Positions 60,990 to 64,000 of a stretch of 64,000 nt of DNA are shown piece after piece. The notes beneath the pieces were generated by a model. That model saw only the letters and a list, made by a program, of their open reading frames with translations, had not been told where the DNA came from and did no database searches. Origin of the DNA: Lama guanicoe. Lineage: Eukaryota. The DNA lies in NCBI GenBank assembly GCA_013239625.1, contig MU057346.1, positions 4,240,431 to 4,304,430 on the forward strand. The letters are read 5' to 3'. The translations under genes and the position numbers were made by a program. Position 1 is the first letter of the stretch. Each line of letters opens with the position of its first letter.

Positions 60990-61130
60990 TGTCCCCATTT
61001 TGCAAATGAGGAAACAGAGGCTCAGAGAGGCTGAATGACCTGACCAAGGTCACACCGAGAGTGAGTGGCAGACTGTGGTCTGAACCAGGTGACCTATTGT
61101 CCTTCTATCAGTGGCCTTTCCACCACATCC
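60990..61130 (-). mobile_element. MIR SINE
   Basis: tccccattttgcaaatgaggaaacagaggctcagagaggctgaatgacctgaccaaggtcacac. Confidence 0.9.
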
Positions 61131-61929
61131 ATCATCCCTCTGTCATTAAAAAAAAAAAATCAGCCTTCCGAATACACAAAAAGACAGTGTTTTTTCAGTG
61201 ACAAGGAAAGCAAGTAAATGTTAATAAGACCTTTATCCTCTTTGTTAATAGATTATTAAACAAGGTTAATATTACTGTGATGCGGGAGGGAAGCAGCCAT
61301 CAAAATGCCCCCAGGGGCCATGTGCACATGATGCCAAAACATCGGGAAGAAAAGAGAGAAAGTGGCTTGGCATCCGCCTGCTTTGCTTAACTGGTGCCAA
61401 GCATATGGCTGCACTGATGGGTGTGAGGGTGCTGGCTGAGCCGCAAAGCATCTCTGAGGCTGAGGACGTGTAGGGTTTCCTAGCAACGTGGGGTACTGCT
61501 GAATCACTGGAGCAGAACTTTGGGGTCCCATTCACTGGTGGTGTATGGGACACTATAACTTGTGATGACAGTCGAGTTCTCTGCTGTGTAGCCCGCTGCT
61601 TAATACAGGAAGGTTAAAAGGCAACCAGCTGACTGGGGATGTGACGGAAGGAAAACAGAGGCGGGGATTAAAGAGCTCCGTCGTGTACCTGCCAGCTGTG
61701 GCCCAGCGTCGGCTGAGGGGCGTCAGGAAGTGAAGCAGGCTTCGAGCTTGTGTAGAGAGCATGGAACTTGGGTTGGGAGGCCCCGGTCAACAGCCCACCC
61801 ACCATGGACCTGCTCTGTGATCCTGCGCTTCCCGAAGTTTTAATATATCGCTCCGCAAGGCTGCGGTCAAGAGGTTTTTGTTTATGTTGTCATTTGTTTT
61901 GTTTTGCTTTGTTTGGTGGCAGGAGTCAC

Positions 61930-62560
61930 TGATGAAATCACTTCTCCAGGCCTCAGTTTCTACATCTATAAAACGGGGATAATATCACCTACCTGGCAGT
62001 GCTCTTCCTTGTGAATACTGAAGAAAAGTGATTTGCAACAGAAGCTAAGCTAACATGATCCCAGTACATCTCTTTGCTTGAATCTGCCCAAATATGGAAG
62101 CGACGCTCAGAGTATCTAGGTGGCTGTTAGAGAAGGGGGTCTGTGAACCACATGTATCAAAACAACTGGTGTGCTTGGGGAAAACGCAGACTCACACGTC
62201 CTAATGAGTCACACTCTGAAAGGAGCCTGGAAATCTCCTTTCTCACGAAGCCACCCGGGTGGTTCCTCAGCACACTGAACTCCAGCAAATACTAATCTAC
62301 ATCAGGGTCTCCAAAAATATAGTGACCCAACAGAGAATACAAAGAAAATATTAAAGTTTCTGTCTTCAGGGGTACTGTTATTTCTCCTATTTTGAAAATC
62401 AATTTTTGCACATTTCATAATGGCCATAATACATTCGTACATTACTATAAGTGTATCATTTACTTTTACAAAATGAGTGTGTAGTATACAGTGTCTACGT
62501 ATCTACTTACACGCACAATCAAACACATTCAACACAGGTTGGAGACGACCAGTCTAGACG
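61930..62560. mobile_element. MIR (+, 61930-62040), MER5-like (62135-62295), Charlie-like relic (62300-62560)
   Basis: ggcctcagtttctacatctataaaacggggataat; tgtatcaaaacaactggtgtgcttggggaaaacgcagact; caaagaaaatattaaagtttct. Confidence 0.55.
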
Positions 62561-62904
62561 ACCATAAGGGAGTACATACATCCCTTAGCGTGCCTCTCTG
62601 GATTCTGTCTTCCTGAACTTCTGGCAGAAGAACAGTAGCAAATCCCTCAAGAAGATGGCCCCAGCGAGTGCCTGAAGTCCAGAGTTCTGTGTCACTGCCG
62701 AAAGGGGAGTCCCACGCTGGAGGCACCAGGAGTAGGTGGCCTAGCGCAGGTCTGCTACTGATTTTACTGGTAAAGGCTGAAGTGGGTTCTTGCTCATACA
62801 GAGAACCCCACACCCTCTGCCTAAGGATGGGCTATGTCGAGTGAGGACCAGACTTCTCCAACACCTCCTGCTCTGCATAGATTCACGTATTTAAGCAAGC
62901 TAAG

Positions 62905-63165
62905 AAATTCATCCATTCTTTTATTCAACAGATATTTATTGAATGTCTAATAGATGTGTTATTGCTCTTGGCACCGGGACTCAGCAGTCCCACCACACAT
63001 GACCTTACTTTCCTATGAGGATGCCAAAATGAACGTAAGCTAGTAAGTAAGAATGAAGACTGGCGGTTCATAGAGAGACTCGGCAGAGGACGCAAATAAG
63101 GTGACGTTCTAGGGGGAACCAGGGGCAGATTACTTAGACAGTGCTGGGGGGAAGACCTCTCAAAC
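62905..63165 (-). mobile_element. L2 3' end
   Basis: ttcatccattcttttattcaacagatatttattgaatgtcta. Confidence 0.75.
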
Positions 63166-63169
63166 AGGT

Positions 63170-63560
63170 AAATCCCTCAAGGTTTAACTCCTTCTTTGGA
63201 AGTTACTAGAAGACATGCCCTACAAAACATGGGGAGAAATCAAGAGGTGGGCATGGGACTCAGGAGTCAGGGGCTCAGGGTGAGAGGCGGGGGAAGGACA
63301 CAGGGAACAGTGTGAAGGGAGATGCAGGGCCACAGCTGCCAGCCACCCATGCAGACTGGGGCAGGTCGGAAGGCTCAGAGAGCGTTCTTCCAGAGGATGG
63401 CATTGATGGGACAGCCTTGTTTGAGAGGATTTACGTAAATGATGGGCAAGACCGGGGAGAGCATAACTCTGTCAGGAACTACGGGAACGGCCATAATACG
63501 AGCCACAGCAATGACATCAAAACTGTCAGCTTCCGAAGAAACGAATCCCTGAGGGGAAAA
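63170..63560 (+). mobile_element. HAL1-like (L1-derived) relic
   Basis: ggaagttactagaagacatgccctacaaaacatggggagaaatcaagaggtgggcatgggactcagga...cagactggggcagg resembles remembered HAL1 consensus. Confidence 0.55.
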
Positions 63561-64000
63561 AGGGCGTCGTCTCAGGCCTCAGCTGTGAGTTGACTTTACA
63601 TCAGCACGGCACTGTGAACATCCAGCACCTCGCCTGGTAAAACTGCACATCAGCCCGTGGGGAGGACGGGGTCTGGGCAGCGGGTTCTGGCAGCTGGGCG
63701 GGATTGTGTGGCACTGGGACTGAGAGCTCAGCCTCCCCTTACACAGCTGTAACAAACAAGAAACAAAACAGCTGAGAACGCTTGAAACCGAACATGTGGT
63801 GCCCAGAACTGAACTCCCCAAACGACGTAGCCATAGAGCCAAGACCCCTCTGTCCTGAGCCTAGTCATTAAAGCAGTCGCTAGTGGGGGAAGGTTGCATC
63901 CTGGTTTGATTTCAGCGCCCCTATTTCCCAGCTAGTATTGATTGCTCCTTCTTGATTGAACTATACTGAAAAAAAAAAAAATAAGACCATGGTATGTCCA

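Noticed and set aside
63905-63930. CTCF site (cagcgcccctattt)
   Set aside because: One C short of the core and lacks the following GTGG/CTGG; poor match
1-64000. Inferring a host gene strand from repeat orientation
   Set aside because: L1s lean plus while LTRs lean minus, which point to opposite host strands, and counts are small

Overview
Mammalian non-coding genomic DNA, most likely camelid (camel/alpaca/llama). The evidence is two copies of a tRNA-derived SINE resembling the camelid Vic-type family and cetartiodactyl-style young L1 3' ends. There are four N-gaps (6258-6427, 6444-6664, 33730-33863, 53684-54087). I recognise no host protein-coding exon, RNA gene or CRISPR array. The ORF track is chance ORFs (many with GTG/TTG starts) plus decayed L1 ORF1/ORF2 remnants. 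Much of the window is old interspersed repeat (MIR, L2, MLT1/LTR33 solo LTRs, MER5/20/33/58 and MADE2 DNA transposons, old L1M and HAL1). Repeat-free islands rich in homeodomain/FOX/SOX/bZIP/T-box motifs separate the repeats, a layout typical of a gene desert or very large intron. I found no convincing new biological system. The best observations are structural: an internal micro-inversion in an MLT1 LTR, an L1+SINE double insertion with three copies of one target site, an L1 RT fragment nested in an older L1 ORF1, candidate short 3' transductions, a SINE in a mariner MITE TIR, interleaved inverted repeats, and candidate enhancers and non-coding exons. Repeat family names come from remembered consensus sequences, not a database search, and repeat boundaries are approximate (tens of bp).
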